Shown here piece after piece: positions 1 to 7,897 of a stretch of DNA of 17,004 nucleotides (position 1 is the first letter of the stretch; the number at the start of each line of letters is the position of its first letter). A program made the translations under genes and the position numbers. This DNA is from Fidelibacterota bacterium (GTDB lineage: Bacteria > Fidelibacterota > Marinisomatia > Marinisomatales > TCS56), in NCBI GenBank assembly GCA_043822705.1, contig JBDRBK010000153.1, forward strand, positions 1-17,004, written 5' to 3'. The notes beneath the pieces were generated by a model. The model did no database searches. It saw only the letters and a program-made list of their open reading frames with translations, and was not told the origin of the DNA.

Positions 1-120
1 TTGAATGCCCGCCTTGACTTCCGGTAACTTCATTATTGTATTTTTAAAGATTTAATATCGGACCCTGAGGAACCTTAAAAAATAATCCTGGTGATCTCCG
101 TGTCTTTATGTTTCAATAAT

Positions 121-127
121 AAGGAAG
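121..127 (+). promoter_or_regulatory. Shine-Dalgarno-like site for proS
   Basis: AAGGAAG lies 4 nt upstream of the ATG at 132, in an AT-rich leader. Confidence 0.55.
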
Positions 128-131
128 TATT

Positions 132-1601
132 ATGTCAAAAGGTGTAACGCCCCAGAGTGAAAGTTATTCCGCCTGGTATACCGATGTGGTGACCAAAGCC
201 TGCCTGGCCGATTACGGTCCGGTGAAAGGAACGATGGTCATTAGACCCTACGGCTATTCGTTGTGGGAGAATATCAAGGAAATATTCGATAAAATGATCA
301 AGGAAACCGGGCACATGAACGCCTATTTTCCATTGTTCATCCCGAAATCCTATCTGAGTAAGGAAGCGGACCATATTGAGGGTTTCGCCAAGGAATGCGC
401 GGTCGTCACCCACACCCGTCTCATGGCCGGTCCCGACGGCGGCGTCATAGTCGATCCCGAATCGAAACTGGAGGAGGAAGTGATTGTGCGTCCGACCTCC
501 GAAACGGTGATCTGGTCGATGTACAAGAACTGGATCCAGTCCTACCGCGACCTGCCGCTGCTGATCAACCAGTGGGCCAATGTAGTACGCTGGGAAATGC
601 GCACCCGCCTGTTCCTGCGGACCACCGAATTCCTGTGGCAGGAAGGCCATACCGCCCATGCCACCGCCGAGGAAGCCGAGCAGGAGGCGCTGTTGATCCT
701 GGAACTGTACCGGCGTCTGGCCGAAGATTACCTGGCGATACCGGTCCTGACCGGCATCAAGTCCGAGTCCGAGAAATTCGCCGGGGCCGAGCATACCTAT
801 TGTATCGAAGCCATGATGAAGGACAAGAAAGCGCTGCAGGCCGGTACCTCCCACAACCTGGGCCAGAATTTCGCTCGCGCTTTCGACGTGACTTTCCAGA
901 ACAAGAATAACCAGGAAGAACTGGTCTATGCCACCAGCTGGGGCGTCAGCACGCGTTTGGTGGGTGCCGTAATCATGGCCCACGGCGACGATCAGGGCCT
1001 GCGCCTGCCACCGCGGATCGCGCCGATCCAGGTAATCGTGGTTCCTATCGCCCGCAAAGATGAGCAGAAGGAGCTGGTCAAAGAATACCTGCAGCCGGTA
1101 CTGGATGGACTGAAAAATATTAATGTCCGGGTCCAGGTGGACTGGCGCGGTGAATCGCCCGGATTCAAATTCAACGACTGGGAAATGAAGGGCGTACCCC
1201 TGCGGCTGGAAGTCGGTCCCCGGGATGTGGAAAACGGCAAGGCGGTGCTGGTGCGGCGCGACAGCAGCGAAAAAATGATTGTCGGGAAAACCGAGCTGAT
1301 AACCCTGATACCCAGGTTGCTGGAAGAGATTCAGCAGGGACTGTTCGACCAGGCCGTTGCACATCGCGCCGCCAACACCCACAGTGCGACCACCTACGCG
1401 GAATTCAAGTCCATAATCGCCGAGCAAGGTGGCTTTGTCCGCTGTGGCTGGGATGGAACCACTGCCACCGAAGTGCAGATCAAGGACGAGACCAAGGCGA
1501 CGATCCGCCTGATCCTGCCGGATGGAAATACCGAGGGGTTGAACTGCATTTTCAGCGGCCGGCCGGCGGCTCACGAAGTCATTTTCGCCAAGGCGTATTA
1601 A
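132..1601 (+). CDS. proS: Proline--tRNA ligase (archaeal/eukaryal-type ProRS)
   Basis: 489 aa. Class II aaRS motifs RPTSET, QWANVVRWEMRTRLFLRTTEFLWQEGHT, QAGTSHNLGQNF and SWGVSTR; anticodon-binding domain (WEMKGVPLRLEVGPRD); C-terminal AKAY typical of this ProRS type. Confidence 0.98.
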   Translation: MSKGVTPQSESYSAWYTDVVTKACLADYGPVKGTMVIRPYGYSLWENIKEIFDKMIKETGHMNAYFPLFIPKSYLSKEADHIEGFAKECAVVTHTRLMAGPDGGVIVDPESKLEEEVIVRPTSETVIWSMYKNWIQSYRDLPLLINQWANVVRWEMRTRLFLRTTEFLWQEGHTAHATAEEAEQEALLILELYRRLAEDYLAIPVLTGIKSESEKFAGAEHTYCIEAMMKDKKALQAGTSHNLGQNFARAFDVTFQNKNNQEELVYATSWGVSTRLVGAVIMAHGDDQGLRLPPRIAPIQVIVVPIARKDEQKELVKEYLQPVLDGLKNINVRVQVDWRGESPGFKFNDWEMKGVPLRLEVGPRDVENGKAVLVRRDSSEKMIVGKTELITLIPRLLEEIQQGLFDQAVAHRAANTHSATTYAEFKSIIAEQGGFVRCGWDGTTATEVQIKDETKATIRLILPDGNTEGLNCIFSGRPAAHEVIFAKAY

Positions 1602-1646
1602 GGCAGACAGGCCGCGGCCGGTGTTGGATAAGTTAGTCCTGACGCG

Positions 1647-2333
1647 ATGATTGTGCAGACACCGGCCGTCGTGCTGAAAAGCTTTCCCTATGGCGACACC
1701 AGTCTGGTGGTCCGGTGTTTTACCCGTGATATGGGTAAGGTCAGCCTGATCGCCCGGGGTGCCCGCAGCAAGAAATCGCCGCTGGGCGCCTATCTGCAAC
1801 CAATGAGCTATCTGGAACTGGTCTTTTATCATAAAACCACCCGCGAGCTGCAGACCATTTCCAAAGTCTCCTTTTTAGGTAGCTGGCCGGCGATACTGGG
1901 CGATCTGAAGAAAATCAGTTACGGCCTGGCAGTTGTCGAATTGACCGACAAGACGCAGCGGGACCACGACGCCCATCAGGACCTGTTCGATCTGCTGGTG
2001 GAAGTGCTGACGACCATCAATCAGCGCCAGGAGCGCCTGAATCTGGTGTTCTGGTATTTCCAGGTCCGATTGCTGTCCAGCCTGGGATTTCGCCCCAACC
2101 TGTATGATCGGGAATTGATCGGTTTCACCCTCCCCGATCCGGCGGCGGGACCTAACAGCCGACTGCTGATCGAAGCTTTGCTGGAACACGATCTGGCGTC
2201 GCTACCGGACCTTCCGGTCACCGCCCGCGACCGGAAGGCTATCGCCGAGTATCTGAATGCCCAGATGCGCTACCATTTCGAGAATATTACCGAGTTGCAA
2301 TCATTGAAGGTATTGAAACAAATTCTGGACTGA
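1647..2333 (+). CDS. recO: DNA repair protein RecO
   Basis: 228 aa. N-terminal OB-fold signature AVVLKSFPYGDTSLVVRCFTRDMGKVSLIARGAR..KS, helical middle, LGFRPNL motif and C-terminal L.SL..L. No Cys4 zinc finger. Confidence 0.92.
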   Translation: MIVQTPAVVLKSFPYGDTSLVVRCFTRDMGKVSLIARGARSKKSPLGAYLQPMSYLELVFYHKTTRELQTISKVSFLGSWPAILGDLKKISYGLAVVELTDKTQRDHDAHQDLFDLLVEVLTTINQRQERLNLVFWYFQVRLLSSLGFRPNLYDRELIGFTLPDPAAGPNSRLLIEALLEHDLASLPDLPVTARDRKAIAEYLNAQMRYHFENITELQSLKVLKQILD

Positions 2334-3208
2334 TGACAGCGGAAATCATAAGTGGCAGACTGGTGCAGGACGGCGCCCGAGCGTTCGTCGAAGACGGGCA
2401 GGGCCGGCGCCATTTCACCGATGAGCTGATCTGGGACGGCTATCTGCGGCACTGGTCCGGGCGGTCGATCTGCTCCCGCTACCTGCCGCAGACCGATTAT
2501 GAAACCGGCCGGCCGATCATTATCATGTGGCCCGCTGAGGCGCCGGCCGCCGAACCGATCGTTGAGCTGTATTACAATGAGCGTCTGGTGAAATACCCGG
2601 CCTCGACGTTTGGTCATGTCGCTATTAATGTGGCCGGTGAAATATTCAATTTTTCCCACCTGGTCAACGAGAATGAAGCCATGTCGCCGGAGGAATATTT
2701 TTACCGGCCGGCATTGGGCGAATTCGCCCCGTCGCCGGGCAACGGCAAATTCGAGATACTGGAAAACGGGCGGGCTTACTACGATAAATTCGGTCGGAAT
2801 TTTATGCGGACGATCCACGTCACCCGGGTCACCGGCATCGATACCGGGAAACTGGCGGCGATTTTTCATAATGAGCTGGCGGTGATTCACGATACGCCGG
2901 TCGATTCCCGGCAACCGGAGAAATACCGCGATTTTAATTTTTTCACCCGCAGTTGCGGTACGATCATCCGGGACGGGCTGCGGCAGTACGGCTTCAGCGG
3001 TATCAGCGGCTTTCTGCCGCGGGACTTATTAGTGAGCGCCACCGCCGCCCTGTTGCGGTCCCAGGCGCAGGGGCTGGTGCGGGTGCGGCGCTACCTGATG
3101 CCGCAACTGCGGGTGCCGGAGGCGCCGCCCAGCGCATTGTCACCGTTGTTTAATCCCTGCAACCGCCGGCGGCTGCGGAACTTTCCCCCGGAAGCCACAT
3201 CGAAATAG
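2333..3208 (+). CDS. Hypothetical protein, probable permuted papain-like (DUF4105/Lnb-like) His/Cys enzyme
   Basis: 291 aa. Start overlaps the recO stop (TGATG) and the stop is 1 nt before the next ATG. Motifs PASTFGH95VAI..IFNF and FNFFTRSC208GT. The ORF is well supported; the family call is tentative. Confidence 0.7.
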   Translation: MTAEIISGRLVQDGARAFVEDGQGRRHFTDELIWDGYLRHWSGRSICSRYLPQTDYETGRPIIIMWPAEAPAAEPIVELYYNERLVKYPASTFGHVAINVAGEIFNFSHLVNENEAMSPEEYFYRPALGEFAPSPGNGKFEILENGRAYYDKFGRNFMRTIHVTRVTGIDTGKLAAIFHNELAVIHDTPVDSRQPEKYRDFNFFTRSCGTIIRDGLRQYGFSGISGFLPRDLLVSATAALLRSQAQGLVRVRRYLMPQLRVPEAPPSALSPLFNPCNRRRLRNFPPEATSK

Positions 3209-3209
3209 C

Positions 3210-4034
3210 ATGCGTTACCAATTCCAGTCCGAACATGGTCAGTTTTCATTCCGGCCGCGGGTCTTCACCGAAGCGATTAAAATACTGATCATCATCAATG
3301 TCGGTATCTTTATCCTGAACCTGATCGCCCGCCAGGTGATCGACCTGACGCTGATCTTCGGTCTCTCATCGTCTACGGTCTGGCCGCTGATCTGGCAACC
3401 GTTCACCTACATGTTCATGCATGGCAATACCTGGCATGTGCTGATCAACATGTTTGTCCTGTGGATGTTCGGCAGCGAACTGGAAACGATCTGGGGCAAA
3501 AAGGAATTTCTAAAATATTATTTCACCACCGGCGTCGGTTCGGGCCTGATCTGGCTGCTGTTCAACATCGGCAACCCGCAATCGATTCTGATCGGCGCCA
3601 GCGGTGCTGTCTACGGAATTTTACTGGCCTTCGGGATGATGTTCCCCAACCGGACCGTCTATATTTATTTTCTGTTTCCGGTCAAAGTAAAATGGTTTGT
3701 CATTTTTCTCGGCGCCATGGCTTTTGTTTCATCCCTGGGACCGGGCAGCAATATCGCTCATCTGACCCATCTATCGGGCATGATCATCGGCTACCTTTAC
3801 CTGAAGTCGGACTGGCATATGAAAAAGATGCGCTTTTCGATGCACAAGAAATTCACCGAATTCCGGACCCAGTCCCGGGAACGCAAGGTGGAGAAGAAGA
3901 CGCAGTACCGGCAGGAAATCGACCAGATTCTGGATAAGATCAACCGGGTCGGCTATAACGGGTTATCGGCGGAAGAACGGGAACGTCTGTACGACGCCAG
4001 CCGGCGCCTGTCCCGCGAACAGAATCACGATTAA
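3210..4034 (+). CDS. Rhomboid family intramembrane serine protease with C-terminal DUF6576-like tail
   Basis: 274 aa with multiple TM segments. Motifs WQPFTYMFMH..WHVLINM, catalytic GASG and AHLTHLSG; C-terminal EIDQILDKINRVGYNGLSAEERERL. Confidence 0.93.
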   Translation: MRYQFQSEHGQFSFRPRVFTEAIKILIIINVGIFILNLIARQVIDLTLIFGLSSSTVWPLIWQPFTYMFMHGNTWHVLINMFVLWMFGSELETIWGKKEFLKYYFTTGVGSGLIWLLFNIGNPQSILIGASGAVYGILLAFGMMFPNRTVYIYFLFPVKVKWFVIFLGAMAFVSSLGPGSNIAHLTHLSGMIIGYLYLKSDWHMKKMRFSMHKKFTEFRTQSRERKVEKKTQYRQEIDQILDKINRVGYNGLSAEERERLYDASRRLSREQNHD

Positions 4035-5188
4035 CGCAGCAGCAGAATCTTCTGTGTCATAAAATTCCGGTCACCGCGCACCGCGATTATATACAGGCCG
4101 CTGGGTGCTTTAGAACCGTTAGCCAGTGAACCATCCCAGGAAAAATTGTACTCGGCTGGTAGCAGCGGCCCCGCGCTGATTTGAGTTATTTCATGGCCGC
4201 CGATGTCAAGAATGGAAATCCTGACCGGCATCGGCCGGTTGATTGTTACCGCGAACATTGTCGCCGGATTGAACGGATTGGGGTAGGCCGGTTGTAACAT
4301 AAAGCCGGCGGGATTCAACCCGCTGGCGGCAGGATCAGTCGCTGCCGGGTCGCCCCAGATCAATTCGGCAAAAGCGGCGTTGTCGATGAACGGATTGCGG
4401 TTGTGCTGCAGGGCGTAGACCGCGTCGTTGCGGTCCAGTTCCTTTTGACTGACCGGATCGGCGGCATGCCAATCCAGCAGCATTGCCAGCGCCCAGTCCT
4501 TCAATTGGGCGCCGGTGGTCATCGCGCTGCCGGCCCAAACGCCGTCTTCTCCATAGTAACGCACCGACATGTAAAAATAGGTACGGGCGAGATCACCTTT
4601 ATATTCATCGATCGGCTCGAACACAGTCCCGGTATAGCCGGGGTAGGAACAGGAGCCCACCTTGCTGCCGTTCAATGAAGTCCAGGAGGTGCTACCGACC
4701 TCGCCGTAGGGGTAGCTGCCGCGTTTATTGTTCACCAGTTTATCGGTCGGATAGAGATGAAATAAATCGCTGTTCATGGGTGACAGATCGTTGAACCAGC
4801 TTTTCGGCCATGAATGTTCGCGGTTATATACATCGCCTTCAGTGGTTCCGCCCGACCCGATGTCCTGATCCTGGATAAAAGTGAATTCATACGGCGGCGT
4901 GCCCCCGGGAATATCGGAATACATGTCCCAGACCTTGCCGTTGGGTTTTTTATCGGTGGACTGGAAGGCGGTCCACAGGTAAGCGTAATCCAGATCGGTG
5001 TGATTATCGATGATGCCGTGCAAGGCAACCTGCAGGGCGGTTTTGGTCAAACCGTTGGCCGGGTTGTAGTAGCCGGCGGGGACGTCGGCGCGGGCCGGAA
5101 CAAGTGCCAATGCCAGCAGCATGGCAATAGCGGTGCGGCGCAGGCGGGCGGTATAAATAGTGTTCATGAGTGTGGCAGTCGCTTTCAT
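4031..5188 (-). CDS. Secreted endonuclease I family (Bsn/EndA-like) nuclease with T9SS-like/FlgD C-terminal sorting domain
   Basis: Signal peptide RLRRTAIAMLLALALVPARA. Nuclease motifs YNREHSWPKSW, DLFHLYPTD..VN..R, FEP.DEYKGDLAR.YFYM.VRY and RN......Q.NRNPFID. CTD AYPNPFNP...WDG....G...PSGLY...TQKILLLR. An alternative start at 5167 is possible. Confidence 0.9.
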   Translation of the reverse strand: MKATATLMNTIYTARLRRTAIAMLLALALVPARADVPAGYYNPANGLTKTALQVALHGIIDNHTDLDYAYLWTAFQSTDKKPNGKVWDMYSDIPGGTPPYEFTFIQDQDIGSGGTTEGDVYNREHSWPKSWFNDLSPMNSDLFHLYPTDKLVNNKRGSYPYGEVGSTSWTSLNGSKVGSCSYPGYTGTVFEPIDEYKGDLARTYFYMSVRYYGEDGVWAGSAMTTGAQLKDWALAMLLDWHAADPVSQKELDRNDAVYALQHNRNPFIDNAAFAELIWGDPAATDPAASGLNPAGFMLQPAYPNPFNPATMFAVTINRPMPVRISILDIGGHEITQISAGPLLPAEYNFSWDGSLANGSKAPSGLYIIAVRGDRNFMTQKILLLR

Positions 5189-5257
5189 CGATTAATCACA
5201 GCAGTAGTTTAGCGGTATAAAGCCGGTTGGGGCAAGTACCTTGAGCCGGGAACACTG

Positions 5258-7528
5258 TTAGCGGGTCAGCAGCAATTTGCCGGTTTGAACCATCGTGCCG
5301 GATTCCAGTCTCAGCAGATAACAGCCGCTGGCGGCTGCGGTGCCGGAGGTGGTTCGGCCATCCCAGACGATAGTATGTTGTCCCGGCTCCAGCGGTCCGT
5401 CGTTGAGGACGGTCACCAGCCGGCCGGCAATGTCGAACACCGCGACCCGGTAGCTGTCCCGGTTAGCGACGTTGAAGGTTATATTGGTGCGAGGATTGAA
5501 GGGGTTGGGCCAGGCCGATGCCAGACCGAAAGCCGCCGGTTGAACAGTGACCGCCACCGGACCGTGGCTGGTGGCGAAACCGTTATAATCAATATCGGCC
5601 AGCGTGTAATAATATGTTTGTCCCACCCGCACTTGTCGATCGCTGAATTGATAATCGGTCTGCCGGCTGACCGAGCCTTGCCCCTGCAGGCGGTCGTCGG
5701 TCAGGTAATCGGCGATTTTTTGAAAATCCGAGTAATTATCCCGGCGATAGAGGATAAATCCCAGGTTATCCATTTCCGAGGCGGTGGACCATTCCAGCAG
5801 CACCTGCCCGCCCGCTGAACGTCCGGAAAAGCGGTATAATTCCACTGCCAGGGACTGATCGCCATCCAGTTGGCCGGGCGTCGAATTGATCCCGTTGGCG
5901 GAACTACTGGGGGTAAATGTACCGATCGGATTCTGAATTGTGCGTAGTCCGTCGCCGCCGGCCGCCGCGCCGGTATCGTCGAACAGGGTGCCGTCATCCG
6001 CATTGGCACTGCCGTCGCTGCCGCGCAACCGCCAGCGCCGGGCCGTGGAAGTACCAAAAAACAGGCTGGTATTACCGTCATAGAATTTGGCGGCGGACGG
6101 GAACGACGAAAAGGCCGCTTCAAAAGTGGAACGGTCGGCCCCGCGGGAAATGACCCACAGACCGCCAGCAGGGACCAGGACATCACCGCCCTCACCGTCG
6201 CTGCCGATGTCAAAAACATATTCGCTGGTATTGGTGGAAGCGGAGGCCATCACCAGTTTGTAGCCGGTCAGATCGACGGTGGCGGAACTGGAATTGTAGA
6301 TTTCCAGAAATTCGGTAGTATAATCGGCATTGCCTTCCGAAACTTCGCTGATATACAGCGGCGGCGCGTCGTTTTCACTGATAGTCAGGGTGAATTCACC
6401 GGGGTAACCGCTGGCGGCGGAATTGCCACCGCTGACATTCTGGAGCGCAAACGTGATGGTCTCACTGCCTTCAAATACGGCATCATCGGTAAGGGTCAGA
6501 CTGATGGTCTGGTCGGCGCTGCTGTTGGCCGGAAAAGTGACGGTCTGGGTGGTGTAATTATTGATGTCGGCCGCGGAACCGCTGCCGCCGGTGATTGCCA
6601 CCTGGGCGGTAGTGGCGGTGGTGGCTGACATGTTGGAAAGGGAAGCAGTGAGGTTGTAAGTCCCGGCGCCTTCAGTGACGGTGGCGCCGAAAGCGCTGAA
6701 CTGGACGGTGGTATTACTGGAACCCCAGATCGAAACGGCATACTCCGGGTGATCGATAAAGGGATTGCGGTTTCCCTGAAAATGATAGATCGTATCGTTG
6801 CGGGTCCGCTCCCAGTTGTCCACCGGGTCGTCGTTGTGCCAGGTCAACAGGGTCGAGAGCTTGCCGAACAGAGGACTGTTTTCGGCGTTATTGCCGGTGG
6901 AGTCCACCAGTTCCAGGTCGTATTCGCTGTCGTCGGAATGTTTTCCGGGATCGTAGCGGACCACCATATAAAACATCATCCGGGCTACATCGCCCTTGAC
7001 GGCGTCGCGCGGCTCCCAGGTCCAGGCCTCGGTATCATAGTAGCAGCCGATGGCCTCGGTGTGGGCGGTAGTGCATTCATCAAATTCGCGATTATTGCGG
7101 TCGGTATTTACCGATTCGTCCGCTGGCCGCAGGTGATGGATGTCGGTATAGGCGGTGTCGCTCTCACTGGGAAAGCCATGGGATTTAGCCCAGACGTGCT
7201 CCCGATTCCAGCGGTCGCCGGTGTAGGTCAGGTTCTCGCCGCTGTTGTCGGATTTGGGATGGGAGCGACCGCTGTACAACAGGATAACATTGGCGGAATT
7301 TTCCGGGTCTTCATCGGTGATTTTCAGCAGGTCCCAGACGTCGGTGCCGCTGCCGGTATAAGGATAGCGGGTGTGATTCTTGACTATTCCGTGCAGGGCA
7401 GCCTTCAATTCGGTGCCGCTTTTGCCGCTGGCCGCATCATAATAACCGCCGGGAATTCCGGCTGGAATTAAATTGTTCGTCAGTACAAAAAGAAAAATGA
7501 GAATTGATAGTCGGTTAATCTTTGACAC
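5258..7528 (-). CDS. Secreted endonuclease I family nuclease with Calx-beta-like, lamin-tail-like, LxVEL Ig/FN3-like and T9SS-like/FlgD C-terminal domains
   Basis: 756 aa, GTG start preceded by GGGGG, with a signal peptide. Nuclease motifs WNREHVWAKSHG, DIHHLRPADESVN..R, WEPRDAVKGDVARMMFYMVVRY and QGNRNPFIDHPE. Calx-beta-like TVQF..TVTEG..DDAVFEGSET; LTD-like LYISEV..EFLEIYN..VDLTGYKL; then LAVEL..WSTASEMDNLGF and AWPNPFNP CTD. Confidence 0.9.
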   Translation of the reverse strand: MSKINRLSILIFLFVLTNNLIPAGIPGGYYDAASGKSGTELKAALHGIVKNHTRYPYTGSGTDVWDLLKITDEDPENSANVILLYSGRSHPKSDNSGENLTYTGDRWNREHVWAKSHGFPSESDTAYTDIHHLRPADESVNTDRNNREFDECTTAHTEAIGCYYDTEAWTWEPRDAVKGDVARMMFYMVVRYDPGKHSDDSEYDLELVDSTGNNAENSPLFGKLSTLLTWHNDDPVDNWERTRNDTIYHFQGNRNPFIDHPEYAVSIWGSSNTTVQFSAFGATVTEGAGTYNLTASLSNMSATTATTAQVAITGGSGSAADINNYTTQTVTFPANSSADQTISLTLTDDAVFEGSETITFALQNVSGGNSAASGYPGEFTLTISENDAPPLYISEVSEGNADYTTEFLEIYNSSSATVDLTGYKLVMASASTNTSEYVFDIGSDGEGGDVLVPAGGLWVISRGADRSTFEAAFSSFPSAAKFYDGNTSLFFGTSTARRWRLRGSDGSANADDGTLFDDTGAAAGGDGLRTIQNPIGTFTPSSSANGINSTPGQLDGDQSLAVELYRFSGRSAGGQVLLEWSTASEMDNLGFILYRRDNYSDFQKIADYLTDDRLQGQGSVSRQTDYQFSDRQVRVGQTYYYTLADIDYNGFATSHGPVAVTVQPAAFGLASAWPNPFNPRTNITFNVANRDSYRVAVFDIAGRLVTVLNDGPLEPGQHTIVWDGRTTSGTAAASGCYLLRLESGTMVQTGKLLLTR

Positions 7529-7860
7529 ATTTCCCCCGGATATTGCTATCAGGCATCTAAATTGACGTTTACTGGTTTTAAGGGACTGGATTAAACCTGT
7601 TTTTCTACTGGCGTTTTTCCTGGCTGTGGAAAAATGCCGGGCGAATCATTGCTATGTTGACCGATTGGCGGTCGATCAACCGGCTAATTTAAAATCAATC
7701 CGAATATGTTACAGTGTTTTTGAACACAGACCGGAGTTGCAATCCGTTTTGTCTCCAACAGAACCAAACAAAGTAAGATTTAGGGATGTCGGGGGAGCCT
7801 TGGGAAGATATAAAATGGAGGCACGGTTTATGGTGCCCTGCGGAGAAATAGCTATGGTTT

Positions 7861-7886
7861 AAAAGGGGCGCACTACCGTGCGCCCC
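7861..7886 (-). terminator. Rho-independent terminator downstream of the 7898-9199 gene
   Basis: On the - strand: GGGGCGCAC-GGTA-GTGCGCCCC (perfect 9-bp stem, 7865-7886) followed by TTTT, 11 nt after the stop codon. Confidence 0.75.
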
Positions 7887-7897
7887 CGCAACAACAA

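Noticed and set aside
1..131. T-box riboswitch or firm promoter call upstream of proS
   Set aside because: No T-box consensus is visible. Candidate -35/-10 pairs (TTGAAT/TAACTT, TTGACT/TATTTT) have imperfect spacing, so none can be chosen.
1610..1619. GGCCGCGGCC palindrome between proS and recO
   Set aside because: It is short and all-GC in a GC-rich genome, with no loop or U-tract, so it is likely chance.
135..1832. 565-aa ORF antisense to proS/recO
   Set aside because: It is a shadow of a codon-biased GC-rich gene on the opposite strand and has no recognisable motifs.
7626..7862. 78-aa + strand ORF in the intergenic region
   Set aside because: GTG start without an SD, no motifs, and it overlaps probable regulatory palindromes.
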